Source of the DNA: Desulfobacula sp.
GTDB taxonomy: Bacteria; Desulfobacterota; Desulfobacteria; Desulfobacterales; Desulfobacteraceae
Assembly (NCBI GenBank): GCA_033852015.1
Contig: JAWSVH010000116.1
Coordinates: forward strand, 2,356 to 66,355
Direction: 5' to 3'
Length of the DNA: 64,000 nucleotides
Positions within the stretch are counted from its first letter, which is position 1, and every line of letters begins with the position of its first letter. Of this stretch, positions 36,743 through 46,043 are shown one piece after another. The position numbers and the translations under genes are program-made. The notes under the pieces were generated by a model, which saw only the letters and a list, made by a program, of their open reading frames with translations, had not been told where the DNA came from and made no database searches.

Positions 36743-38500
36743 CTATCCCAAAATTTTCTTCAAATCACCCTCTGGTGTTCCAATAGGAGTTAGATTATAA
36801 TTTTTCACCAATATATTCAATACATTTGGCGTAACAAAGGCTGGCAAAGATGGTCCCAAATGGATATCTTTGATACCAAGCTTAAGCAGACTATAAAGAA
36901 TAGCGACAGCTTTTTGCTCATACCAGGAAATAATGAAAGATAAAGGAAGTCCATTGACATCAGTATCAAATGCTTTGGTCAATGCCACTGCAATTTGAAC
37001 TGCAGAATGAGCATCATTACACTGTCCCACATCCAAAAGTCTTGGGATACCGTTGATATCACCCAACTGGTGTCTAAAAAATTTATATTTTCCACAAGCC
37101 AGCGTCAGAACGATACTATTGTCCGGTGTTTTCTCAACAAATTCAGTATAATAATTACGAGATTTTTTAACGCCATCACATCCACCAACCAGAAAGAAAT
37201 GCCCGATGGAACCGTCTTTTACACCGGCCACAATTTTATCGGCCACACCAAGAACTGCTTTATGCCCGAAGCCTGTCAAAACTTCCATGTCTTTTTTATC
37301 TTCTGCATAACCAGGCAATTCTAACGCTCTTTCAATCAGCGGCCCAAGATTATTTTTGTTCAGATGGGTAAGTCCTGGCATTCCGACAGTACCTGAGGTA
37401 AAAACATTTTTCTTATAAGATTGTTTTGGTTTCTGAATACAATTGGAAGTCATCAGAATGGCGCCTGGGAAATTAGCAAATTCTTTTTTCTGATTTTGCC
37501 AGGCAGTGCCATAATGACCATAAAAATGAGGGAACTGTGCTTTTAATTTTGGATACCCATGCGCCGGAAGCATCTCACCATGTGTATACACAAAAATGCC
37601 CTTGCCCGCACTGGCTTTCAAAACAGCCGCAAGATCAATATAATCATGACCGGAAACCAAAATTGCTTTCCCTTTCTTGACACCTAAAGGAACTTTTGTG
37701 GGCACAGGATCACCATACGCCCCACTATTACCAAGGCTTAAAAGCTCCATGGCCCGAAGGTTTTTCTCACCACACTCTAAAACCAAACCAAGATAATCAT
37801 TTGCGCCCAATTTTCTATCTTCAAGGGCAGCAAGACCCCGATGAACAAATTCATAATTACCTTCATCTTCCTGGCCGTGCTCTGCAGCATGATCCGTATA
37901 AGCTGCCATCCCTTTGATACCAAAAAGAAGCATATGCTGAAGAGACTTTAAATCTGGATCGATTGCAGGACCAGACATAAGACCATATTGTTTGCCTTGT
38001 TTAATCATACCCTCTAAAGAAGGCTTAAGTTTTAAAGTCAAACTGTCACTATCTGATGAGATAGTACCACCAGCCGCTTTTACACGTTTGATCATCTTAT
38101 CTCTAAGAGCTACAGATTCCTGAAGAAGATCTTCAAATCTATAGGGGTCAAATTCTACATTGGTCAACGTTGAGAACATGGCCATACAGGTAAACTGGTT
38201 GGTTTGAGAATCACTTATCTTTACCTTTCTTCCGGCAACAGCAGCAATAGAAAGCCCTTTAAGGGTATGAATTAAAAAGTCTTGAAGCGCTGCAACATCA
38301 GGTGTTTTCCCGCAAACACCAATCCGGGTACATCCTTTACCACCCATGGTCTGCTCGCACTGGTAACAAAACATTGCTTTTTTATCAGTAGCAGCAAAGG
38401 CTTTGTTGGCTGTCAATATGGAAGGTAGCAAAGCCGATGCAGCAAGCCCCATTGTACTGTTTTTAATGAATTTTCTTCTTGATACGCTTTTCTTTTTCAT
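36743..38500 (-). CDS. hcp: Hybrid cluster protein (hydroxylamine reductase) with an N-terminal twin-arginine (Tat) signal peptide
   Basis: Mature part begins ..MFCYQCEQTMGGKGCTRIGVCGK (Cx2Cx8Cx5C) and the length is typical of Hcp. It is preceded by MKKKSVSRRKFIKNSTMGLAASALLPSILTANKAFA-AT (SRRxFIK, hydrophobic core, AxA). Start at ATG 38500 follows GGAG. Confidence 0.9.
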   Translation of the reverse strand: MKKKSVSRRKFIKNSTMGLAASALLPSILTANKAFAATDKKAMFCYQCEQTMGGKGCTRIGVCGKTPDVAALQDFLIHTLKGLSIAAVAGRKVKISDSQTNQFTCMAMFSTLTNVEFDPYRFEDLLQESVALRDKMIKRVKAAGGTISSDSDSLTLKLKPSLEGMIKQGKQYGLMSGPAIDPDLKSLQHMLLFGIKGMAAYTDHAAEHGQEDEGNYEFVHRGLAALEDRKLGANDYLGLVLECGEKNLRAMELLSLGNSGAYGDPVPTKVPLGVKKGKAILVSGHDYIDLAAVLKASAGKGIFVYTHGEMLPAHGYPKLKAQFPHFYGHYGTAWQNQKKEFANFPGAILMTSNCIQKPKQSYKKNVFTSGTVGMPGLTHLNKNNLGPLIERALELPGYAEDKKDMEVLTGFGHKAVLGVADKIVAGVKDGSIGHFFLVGGCDGVKKSRNYYTEFVEKTPDNSIVLTLACGKYKFFRHQLGDINGIPRLLDVGQCNDAHSAVQIAVALTKAFDTDVNGLPLSFIISWYEQKAVAILYSLLKLGIKDIHLGPSLPAFVTPNVLNILVKNYNLTPIGTPEGDLKKILG

Positions 38501-38587
38501 TTCAAAACTCCTAATGTTAAATGATAAGCGCCCCATCTTGAGGCATTTGTTTAAAAACCACTATGCAAGAAAAAAAGAATAGTTTCA

Positions 38588-38601
38588 TTGATCTAAATCA
38601 A
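38588..38601. promoter_or_regulatory. Perfect FNR/CRP-family (HcpR-type) palindrome TTGATCTAAATCAA upstream of hcp
   Basis: Exact match to the FNR consensus TTGAT-N4-ATCAA, centred ~94 nt upstream of the hcp ATG. A CATAGT -10-like hexamer lies ~31 nt downstream on the minus strand, as expected for a class II site. Confidence 0.55.
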
Positions 38602-38873
38602 GTTTTATATTCTTTTTATAAAAAATAAATAATCTGCCGGACCTAATAGAAATAACCTAAGACGAACCTTCCTTGCGATTCTATGCTCCTTGAGCGAAGA
38701 GAATTAGAATCGCATAATTAATTCACAAATATTATACGAAAAATACAAAATTCACAACCGTTTGTACAATTTTCTCCACAACAAACAGTCTTATTATTAC
38801 CTTGAAATCATTTCCATGTTTTTCTATAACCTTATTAACCAACAGAGATTGTGATAAAAGAGGACTCAAATTC

Positions 38874-41800
38874 ATGAATGTGTTGCATTCAAAACTCCAG
38901 ACACCCAAGCGATACGATATTCTCCAACGGGGACGGCTCATTCAATATTTTGATAATATTCATCAAAAGAAACTGACAACTGTAACTGCCGGGGCAGGTT
39001 ATGGAAAAACCACCCTGGTCATGGATGCGCTGGCAAGTCATGAGTTTGCTTCTATATGGTACAGACTGGATGAACAAGATACAGACTTTTTAGTGTTTAT
39101 TTCTTACCTGTATTCTGCAATCGGACAAACAATTCCCAAATCAAATTTAACAAAACAAACCGATACCCTGCTTGAATGGCTCTGCCTTCTGGAAAAAACA
39201 ATCCTACACCAGACTGTCATTATTTTCGATGATTATCATCTGGTCCAGGACAACCAGCAGATCAATCAAGCCATTGAATTTATCCTTGATCGTCTACCGG
39301 CTCATATTCATCTGGTCATCATCGGTCGAAAAAATCTGAACTTGAAATTATCCGTTCTCAGAACACGAGAACTTTTAATGGAAATCAGCGAAACTGATCT
39401 GACTTTTACTCCCGAAGAAATCAAACTTTTTTTTACAAACTCACAGGTTTTAAATAATACACACATACAAGACATCCATTCAAGTACCGGGGGTTGGGTG
39501 GCCAGTCTGGTCCTCTTAAAATATACGTTTAATAAAAAAATACCCGGGGCTGTTTCCAAAAATCTAAAATTAATTAAACAGACCCCGGAATATGTTTTTT
39601 CATATCTGAAAGAAACCATTTTTGACACCCAGCCAGATCACATAAAAACATTCATGATGAAGGCTGCCCTTCTTACAGAAATAGATACCGGTTACTGCAA
39701 TAAAATTTTTGACATGGACAATGCACAATCCATATCAAACCAAATGATCCAGGATCATCTGATGATCTTCCCAGTGGATGAATCCGGGACCTTGTTTTAT
39801 CTGCACCATTTGTTCAAAGATTTTTTGATCACCCAACTTGAAAAAACCTTTTCATCATCTCAGATCCAACAATTGCATTGCAAAATTGCACAACAAATAG
39901 AAGCAGACGATATTTTTCAGGCGCTGCACCATTACATTGAAGGCCACGCCTTTGATGACGCTATCCAACTTGTTAAAACCCATGAAATGAAAATTTTATT
40001 GGAAGGTAAAATGAATTTTTTCAGCCAATGTCTGAAAAAAATACCCAAAGCAGTTATTGAACAAAATCCACAATTGCTGCTGGCCCAGGCAAGACTCTAT
40101 TCCAATTTTGGCGATCCCCGGCAGGCCATGGAAAAACTGACCCGGGCACACCTGTTGTTCAAAAAACAAAACGCCAAAGAAAACATGGTCACCTGCCTGA
40201 TTGAATTGGGCACCCAATATTATCTTACCGGACACCTTAAAGAAGCTAAACTCCTTATGGAACAGGTATTAGATGATATAAAACCGACATCCAGCACCTA
40301 TATTATCACCATGACCTTTCTAACCTTTTTATCCGCAGTTTTAGGCGAGTATAAGACTGCAGAATCACACTTTAACGCTGCCTGGGAACAGATCGAAAAC
40401 TTCCCTGATTTTGAACGCAGATTTTCAACGGCAGCGATCAACACGTCTTACTCTCATACCCTTTATTTTAAAGGAGAATTTGAAACATCTCAAAAATTTA
40501 ATGCCAAACTGCTCAAATCAGTGCTTGAACTTAATTTTGAACTGTGCCTACCGCTTGTCTACTATCAAATCAGCGCCACCAGTTTCTACTCAGGCAAATT
40601 TGAAAAAGGATTTGATGCCGGACAAAAAGGAATTGAAATCTGCGAAAAATTATCTCTTTTAGATAGCAGAAAAGCCTGGAATTATCTGGCCTGGGCCCAG
40701 AACTGTATAGGACTTGGAAAACTGGAACACGCCGCAGAATTGATAGACAACAGCATAGAACTGTTTGAAGATCCGGGCAATCGCTGGGGCATGGCAAGTG
40801 CCTTGGAATGCCAGCATTTGATTTACCTGGCCCAGGGCAAACCTGCTCCGGCCCGAAAAATTTTAAATCGTGCAATTGATATCATCGATGGCTATGGACT
40901 GCTGCCAACCGAAGGCATGCTTGAAAACAGCCTTGCCAATCTTTTGATCATCAACAAAGAGCATGCTGCTGCCCTGAACTGTCTTAAAAATGCCCGGCCA
41001 AAACTTGACGGAACCCAATATCACCTGTTCAACAATCATCTACTCACCGCCAAAACCCTTTTTGAGCTTGATCAAAGACAACGTGCAACAGACCATCTGT
41101 CAAGCGCACTAACTCTCGCACAAAACAACACCTATGATCGGTTTGTTATCAAAGAAAAAGAATGGCTGATCCCTATTATAAAAGACCTGCTGTCCAAAAA
41201 AACAGCACAAAATAAAATCCCCATACCCTATATCAAAACCCTTTTTCAAGATGATCTGGCAAACCCACCCGCTCTATTAAAAATCAAATTGCTAGGCCAA
41301 TTTAAATTAACCATCGATAACCAAAATATCCCCTTATCCCAATGGAAAAGTTCAAAAGCCCTGATGATTTTAAAGTATCTTGCTGCCAATCGGCAAAAAG
41401 GCTTTATCCCCCGAGAGGTCTTGATAGAAATGCTCTGGCCCGAACAGGACATGCAAAAAACCAGCAGTCGCTTTAACATGGCCATGAGTGCATTGCGAAA
41501 GACGCTGGAACCTCAACTTGCCCCAAAAGCACCTTCTTTATATATTGAACGCAAAAAAGATATGTATGCGCTTTACCAGGATACAAGAATTAACATCGAC
41601 GTTGAAGTTTTTGCCCAAACCATTGCAATCGCACAAAAAGAAGAAAGCACCTCTAAAAAAGGGCTTGCAACCTACCTTACCGCCCTATCCATTTATAAGG
41701 GAAAGTTTCTTGCAGAAGACCTCTACGAGGAGTGGTGTATTCAGCAACGGGAACAATTTTCCACCGACTATTTAAAGATGCTCAAAGAAATCATCGCAAT

Positions 41801-42032
41801 CTACGAGGCCCAAAAGGACCTTGAAAAATCGATTTTCTATACAAAAGAAATATTAACTGCCAATCCTTATGATGAAGGAGCCTTTAAAAGACTAATGATC
41901 TTCTTCTCTCAATCAGGCAACCTGTCCCGGCTCAAGCAAACTTATTCTGACTATAAAAAAATGACCCGACAAATCGATTGCCCGATCAGTGATGAAATAA
42001 AAAATATGTACCATGATCTGACCTCAATTTAG
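38874..42032 (+). CDS. STAND (MalT-like) NTPase - TPR-like helical repeats - C-terminal SARP-type winged helix + BTAD transcriptional regulator
   Basis: MalT-like N-terminus MNVLHSKLQTPKRYDILQRGRL..TAGAGYGKTT (Walker A), VIIFDDYH (Walker B), long helical repeat middle. C-terminus LLGQFKL...WKSSKALMILKYLA..REVLIEMLWPE...ALRKTLEP (OmpR/SARP wHTH) plus YKGKFLAEDLYEEWCIQQRE...ANPYDEGAFKRLMIFFSQSGNLSRLKQTY (BTAD). Start ATG 38874 after AGAGGA. Confidence 0.85.
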   Translation: MNVLHSKLQTPKRYDILQRGRLIQYFDNIHQKKLTTVTAGAGYGKTTLVMDALASHEFASIWYRLDEQDTDFLVFISYLYSAIGQTIPKSNLTKQTDTLLEWLCLLEKTILHQTVIIFDDYHLVQDNQQINQAIEFILDRLPAHIHLVIIGRKNLNLKLSVLRTRELLMEISETDLTFTPEEIKLFFTNSQVLNNTHIQDIHSSTGGWVASLVLLKYTFNKKIPGAVSKNLKLIKQTPEYVFSYLKETIFDTQPDHIKTFMMKAALLTEIDTGYCNKIFDMDNAQSISNQMIQDHLMIFPVDESGTLFYLHHLFKDFLITQLEKTFSSSQIQQLHCKIAQQIEADDIFQALHHYIEGHAFDDAIQLVKTHEMKILLEGKMNFFSQCLKKIPKAVIEQNPQLLLAQARLYSNFGDPRQAMEKLTRAHLLFKKQNAKENMVTCLIELGTQYYLTGHLKEAKLLMEQVLDDIKPTSSTYIITMTFLTFLSAVLGEYKTAESHFNAAWEQIENFPDFERRFSTAAINTSYSHTLYFKGEFETSQKFNAKLLKSVLELNFELCLPLVYYQISATSFYSGKFEKGFDAGQKGIEICEKLSLLDSRKAWNYLAWAQNCIGLGKLEHAAELIDNSIELFEDPGNRWGMASALECQHLIYLAQGKPAPARKILNRAIDIIDGYGLLPTEGMLENSLANLLIINKEHAAALNCLKNARPKLDGTQYHLFNNHLLTAKTLFELDQRQRATDHLSSALTLAQNNTYDRFVIKEKEWLIPIIKDLLSKKTAQNKIPIPYIKTLFQDDLANPPALLKIKLLGQFKLTIDNQNIPLSQWKSSKALMILKYLAANRQKGFIPREVLIEMLWPEQDMQKTSSRFNMAMSALRKTLEPQLAPKAPSLYIERKKDMYALYQDTRINIDVEVFAQTIAIAQKEESTSKKGLATYLTALSIYKGKFLAEDLYEEWCIQQREQFSTDYLKMLKEIIAIYEAQKDLEKSIFYTKEILTANPYDEGAFKRLMIFFSQSGNLSRLKQTYSDYKKMTRQIDCPISDEIKNMYHDLTSI

Positions 42033-42106
42033 TCAAAATTTAGTCGTATAAAATATACTCCTGTTATTATAAGTTTCATTGACCAGACAAAAAGAGGAAA
42101 AAGACC

Positions 42107-43273
42107 ATGCTTGAACTTGCCCTGAAAGGGAACAGGACTTATTGGATATGGATTGGAGGATTACTGGCTGTGATACTGGCAGGCGCACTGTTTTATGCAG
42201 ATCAACTCAGCTATGGATTGATGGTTACCGGACAAAGCCGGGACGTATCCTGGGGATTTTATACTGCCCAGATGACCTATTTTGTCGGTGTGGCTGCAGG
42301 TGGAGTAATGCTTGTATTGCCCTATTATCTACACAATTATAAAGAATTTGGAAAGATCACCATTCTGGGCGAATTTTTAGCTGTCGCCTCGATTGTCATG
42401 TGCCTGCTCTATCTTCTGGTTCACCTGGGCCAGCCCATGCGGGCGTTAAATGTCTTTCTTCATCCAACCCCCGGCTCTATGCTCTTCTGGGATGGCAATG
42501 TCCTGTTTAGCTATCTAATTTTAAATATCATTATCGGATGGAATATCTTAGAAGCTGAACGAAACGGTGTCTCCCCTCAATTCTGGATCAAGCCATTAAT
42601 CTATTTATCTATTCCCATGGCCTTTTCGATCCATACCATCACTGCATTTGTTTATTGCGGCATGCCCGGCAGAGGATTCTGGCTGACAGCTGTTCTAGCC
42701 CCAAGGTTTCTGGCCTCGGCATTTGCAGCAGGCCCTGCCATCTTAATTATCCTGTGCATGTTCATCAAGAAAATGACCCAATTTGATCCTGGGAAAAAGG
42801 CCATCCAGACGCTTGCCATCATCGTTGCCTATGGCCTTATCGCCAATGTGTTTTTCCTGGTTTGCGAAGTCTTCGTTGTTTTTTATTCCGGCATCCCCTC
42901 CCACATAGCTCACATCAAATATCTTTATGCAGGCTTAAATGGTCAAGGTGTGCTTGTTCCCTGGATGTGGACATCAGTCTTCTGCATGATGCTTGCCATT
43001 ATTCTTCTGATCATACCCATGACAAGAAAAAACAATCTTATACTGCTTTTTTCCTGCATACTTGTCTTTGTAGGCACTTGGATTGATAAAGGTCTTGGCA
43101 TGATTGCCGGCGGATTTATACCCTCTGCCCTGCATCATGTTACAGAATATGTCCCCACTTTACATGAGTTGGTAATCTCAGCCGGGATAACTGCCATTGG
43201 CTTGTTGATTTTAACCATACTGTTCAAAATCACCATCAGCATCAAGGAGTATAACCAATCCGGGACTGTTTGA
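42107..43273 (+). CDS. NrfD/PsrC-family polytopic membrane protein (quinol-interacting subunit type), without adjacent partner subunits
   Basis: 388 aa, about 10 predicted TM helices. N-terminal pattern YWIWIGGLLAVILAGALFYADQLSYGLMVTGQSRDVSWGFYTAQMTYFVGVAAGG resembles NrfD-like anchors. AGAGGA RBS. Confidence 0.8.
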   Translation: MLELALKGNRTYWIWIGGLLAVILAGALFYADQLSYGLMVTGQSRDVSWGFYTAQMTYFVGVAAGGVMLVLPYYLHNYKEFGKITILGEFLAVASIVMCLLYLLVHLGQPMRALNVFLHPTPGSMLFWDGNVLFSYLILNIIIGWNILEAERNGVSPQFWIKPLIYLSIPMAFSIHTITAFVYCGMPGRGFWLTAVLAPRFLASAFAAGPAILIILCMFIKKMTQFDPGKKAIQTLAIIVAYGLIANVFFLVCEVFVVFYSGIPSHIAHIKYLYAGLNGQGVLVPWMWTSVFCMMLAIILLIIPMTRKNNLILLFSCILVFVGTWIDKGLGMIAGGFIPSALHHVTEYVPTLHELVISAGITAIGLLILTILFKITISIKEYNQSGTV

Positions 43274-43410
43274 CCTTACAATCATCAATAACCTAATTCC
43301 AAAAACCAACTATTACTTTAGCAAAAGGATATTCTTTACAATTGGACAATAAATCTTTGGGAAGAAAGAGTGAGAGCTCTTTGTTATGAACAATGAAATA
43401 TTATGCGTTG

Positions 43411-43491
43411 TCAAATTTCTTTGTCCACTATAAATTTTGGCCTTGCCTTAACCTCCTGATATATTTTCCCAATATATTCAGTTTCGCAATG
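43411..43491 (-). pseudogene. Possible 3' relic of a family-2 (polyprenol-phosphate) glycosyltransferase gene
   Basis: The last ~25 aa of the 72-aa ORF read ..TEYIGKIYQEVKARPKFIVDKEI*, matching the conserved GEYIGRIYxEVKxRPxYIV tail of GtrB/ArnC-type GT2 enzymes. The upstream part has no GT2 or TM character. Confidence 0.3.
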
Positions 43492-43657
43492 TTTAGTATT
43501 ACTGAAATGTTTCCTCCTTTGAAAAAATAATGGTTGATTCTCATATATCCTTTTGATAACAGTGATGAAATATTTACTTAACTCATTTTTCACAGTCAGC
43601 ATGCTCAGTAAAATTTTGTGAAATTTCAACCCAGTATTTTATTAGAAGAGAGACGAC

Positions 43658-44209
43658 ATGAGACCAAAACGTATTTTGATTCTTTCGGCACTATTGTTGA
43701 TAGTTATTGGATTAACCTCCTGCAGCCATAAACTACCACTTCCATCCTCCAGAGAGGAAGGGATCCTTGTCATTGCTCACGAAGCTTTAAACAATACGGA
43801 AAGAAATTGGTACGCTTTTAGATATCTTTTATCCCATTCTCCTGGAACAGATCAGAAAATTAAGATTTGGCCGGAAGCTAACAGTTTGTTTATATATAAA
43901 AATTTCCCGGTCGGGAAATATCAAATAGATGCGATAACCCTATTCCCAATTCAACATCGTTCCATTAGAGTTCTTCAAGGAGTTCAGACATACCCACTTT
44001 ACGGCCCTTCTACTACTTCTTTTGAAATCAAACCCAACCATATCACTCTATTAGATAAAAAATTTATCGTATCTAAAGACGGGACTGATCCGAATTACTT
44101 TTCGCAACGTCATAAATTTAAAACACTCAATGAACAAGACAAAAAGAAAATCATAAAAAAACTAGCAGAATATGAGAATGCAGATTCATGGATTTTACCT
44201 AAACCATAG
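43658..44209 (+). CDS. Hypothetical lipoprotein
   Basis: Signal peptide with lipobox LTSC. 183-aa ORF with no recognisable domain. Confidence 0.65.
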   Translation: MRPKRILILSALLLIVIGLTSCSHKLPLPSSREEGILVIAHEALNNTERNWYAFRYLLSHSPGTDQKIKIWPEANSLFIYKNFPVGKYQIDAITLFPIQHRSIRVLQGVQTYPLYGPSTTSFEIKPNHITLLDKKFIVSKDGTDPNYFSQRHKFKTLNEQDKKKIIKKLAEYENADSWILPKP

Positions 44210-44420
44210 AAGGCGCAAAGTTTTAAAAGAAAGAATCTTCAGATACTATATTTTGTGCTCTATTCATTTCGAGTGTTCTGATCTTAAATTCAGTCGTGTA
44301 GATTTCAAGAAAACAGTATTATAAAAAAGGTATTCATTTTCACATTGTTGTATGAATAAAAAGGAGTCTTTTTTTAGATTTTCCCCTGAAACAAAAAGTT
44401 ATGATAGTTTTATGAAGTTT

Positions 44421-44470
44421 TCCGGGGATGCAGAAAGTATCAATCATCCCCGGATGTTTTCTTTTTTTCT
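44421..44470 (+). terminator. Hairpin plus T-tract (candidate terminator)
   Basis: TCCGGGGATG / CATCCCCGGA 10-bp stem with 14-nt loop, followed by TGTTTTCTTTTTTT. Lies between the lipoprotein gene and the convergent 44478 gene. Confidence 0.5.
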
Positions 44471-44477
44471 CAGGATC

Positions 44478-44873
44478 TTAAGAGCATTTTTTATCAGAAG
44501 TTGCACACTGTTTTATCTGGGGAAATCTGTCAGGGTCAGCCCATTCTGTGATATTATTTCCAAAATGCACGTAAAGACCGTCACTGTCTTCAACAGGAAT
44601 CCAGTATCCATCCATGACTCCTCTGCCATCGTAAAAACTGACCAGCCTTTGTGCCTTGCCTTCTTTGCGCATCAGGGGTGCTTTGCAATGTCTGCACATC
44701 CGGTCTGTCTGGTTCAGGGAAAAACAATTTATGCCAGGCTCGATACCGAGCTCTTCGGCGAACTTGTTTACGGCCACAATAATATGATTCTTGTCCAAGA
44801 GCATGACAAATTCCGGATAATTACCCCACATCTGTTTAAAAGACTGAATAAAGGTTTCGTTTTGAGCTTCCAT
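44478..44873 (-). CDS. Stand-alone PAS-like protein with Cys motif (C-x9-C-x2-C)
   Basis: AGAGG RBS. VMLLDKNHIIVAVNKFAEELGIEPG is PAS-like. The Cys pattern resembles the sensor of the 9941 phosphatase. Preferred over the antisense 214-aa + ORF. Confidence 0.6.
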   Translation of the reverse strand: MEAQNETFIQSFKQMWGNYPEFVMLLDKNHIIVAVNKFAEELGIEPGINCFSLNQTDRMCRHCKAPLMRKEGKAQRLVSFYDGRGVMDGYWIPVEDSDGLYVHFGNNITEWADPDRFPQIKQCATSDKKCS

Positions 44874-45007
44874 TTTTTTACCTCTTATAATTGTTGCTTG
44901 ATTAATTATTGTTTTGGGTATATTTTTTTTACTAAAAACACACTAACAAAAAGGTTTTTATTTAGTCTTGCCTTATTGGCTATAAATATTATCTGATTGG
45001 ATAAATA

Positions 45008-45802
45008 ATGTACTGGAGTATGACACTGACTCTTGAAGAGTCTTCAGGATGGCATTCCCATGAAGTATATGAACTTTTATACTGCAGGAAAGGGAATGGA
45101 AATATAATTCTCGACAATCGGGATATCGAATTTCAAGGCGGACGTTTCATCCTCATAAAGCCAGGGGCCAGGCACAGATTTCTTTTTAGACAGGGAGAAT
45201 CAGCAGATTTAAAGATTCTCTGTCTCACTACAGCGGATACTGCTATTCACCTTTCTTCTGCATTATCAATTTGGCTGAGAGCTATTAAAAACTCTAATGC
45301 AGTTTTTTCTGACCATGAAAAAAACGGGGAGCTGTCAGATATAGTGGATAGGATTCCAGACTCCCTTGGGGAGACTGAAAAAAGAGCCCTTGACATTATC
45401 TGGAGCAGAATTGGGCTTATACTGGCACTCCATTTTAAAAGCCAAGGGCACACAGACATAGAAAATCAGGGACGCCATTCAGACAATGTAAGTAATATCT
45501 GCACCTGGATAGACAGTCATTTGGAAGAACATCTGGATCTTGATACAATTGCATCAGAATTTGGAATGTCGAGAAGTCTTCTTACCAAAGAATTCAGGAA
45601 ATATACAAATACAAGTGTTGTTGAATACATGAATATAAGAAGACTTCAGAAGGCAGGCTCCATACTTTCAGAAACGAAGAAGAGCATTACAGAAGCTGCA
45701 TTCGAGAGCGGATTTCCAAGCATTGGTAACTTCTATCGTAAATTCAGGGAGTTGTATGGGGTTACTCCGGCAGAATTTAGAAAAAAACTTACCATGTCGT
45801 GA
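45008..45802 (+). CDS. AraC-family transcriptional regulator with N-terminal cupin-like domain
   Basis: C-terminal dual HTH (..LDTIASEFGMSRSLLTKEFRKYTNTSVVEYMNIRRLQKAG..ITEAAFESGFPSIGNFYRKFRELYGVTPAEFR). Start position uncertain (no clear RBS). Confidence 0.88.
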   Translation: MYWSMTLTLEESSGWHSHEVYELLYCRKGNGNIILDNRDIEFQGGRFILIKPGARHRFLFRQGESADLKILCLTTADTAIHLSSALSIWLRAIKNSNAVFSDHEKNGELSDIVDRIPDSLGETEKRALDIIWSRIGLILALHFKSQGHTDIENQGRHSDNVSNICTWIDSHLEEHLDLDTIASEFGMSRSLLTKEFRKYTNTSVVEYMNIRRLQKAGSILSETKKSITEAAFESGFPSIGNFYRKFRELYGVTPAEFRKKLTMS

Positions 45803-45878
45803 TAAGACCTGTTGTCACCTATATATCACCTGAAAATAAAAAAGGTCTTCAGCAAAAGCCAAAAACCATTGATATTAG

Positions 45879-45955
45879 TGGTACGCCCGGCAGGATTCGA
45901 ACCTGCGACCTATGGATTCGAAGTCCAGCGCTCTATCCAGCTGAGCTACGGGCGC
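45879..45955 (-). tRNA. tRNA-Arg (anticodon TCG), CCA encoded
   Basis: Minus strand GCGCCCGTAGCTCAGCTGGATAGAGCGCTGGACTTCGAATCCATAGGTCGCAGGTTCGAATCCTGCCGGGCGTACCA folds by hand into a 77-nt cloverleaf (7-bp acceptor, GCTC/GAGC D stem, CTTCGAA anticodon loop, GCAGG/CCTGC T stem). Confidence 0.9.
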
Positions 45956-46043
45956 ACATAGTCACAAAACGATATTTTAATAGCACAATGCCATCTATTC
46001 TGCAATGGGGTACTTGATTTTAAAAAACTCCTTTAAGTAAAAC

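Noticed and set aside
38675-38713. Inverted repeat GCGATTCTA-N21-TAGAATCGC in the hcp/STAND-regulator intergenic region
   Set aside because: It is real in the sequence, but alternative pairings exist and I cannot tell whether it is a regulator site, an RNA structure or chance. The FNR-type box nearby is the better-supported element.
44352-44996. 214-aa plus-strand ORF overlapping the 44478-44873 gene
   Set aside because: It has Phe/Leu/Cys/Ser-rich low-information composition and no RBS. The opposite strand has an AGAGG RBS and a PAS-like sequence with a Cys motif shared with another sensor, so I kept the minus-strand gene.
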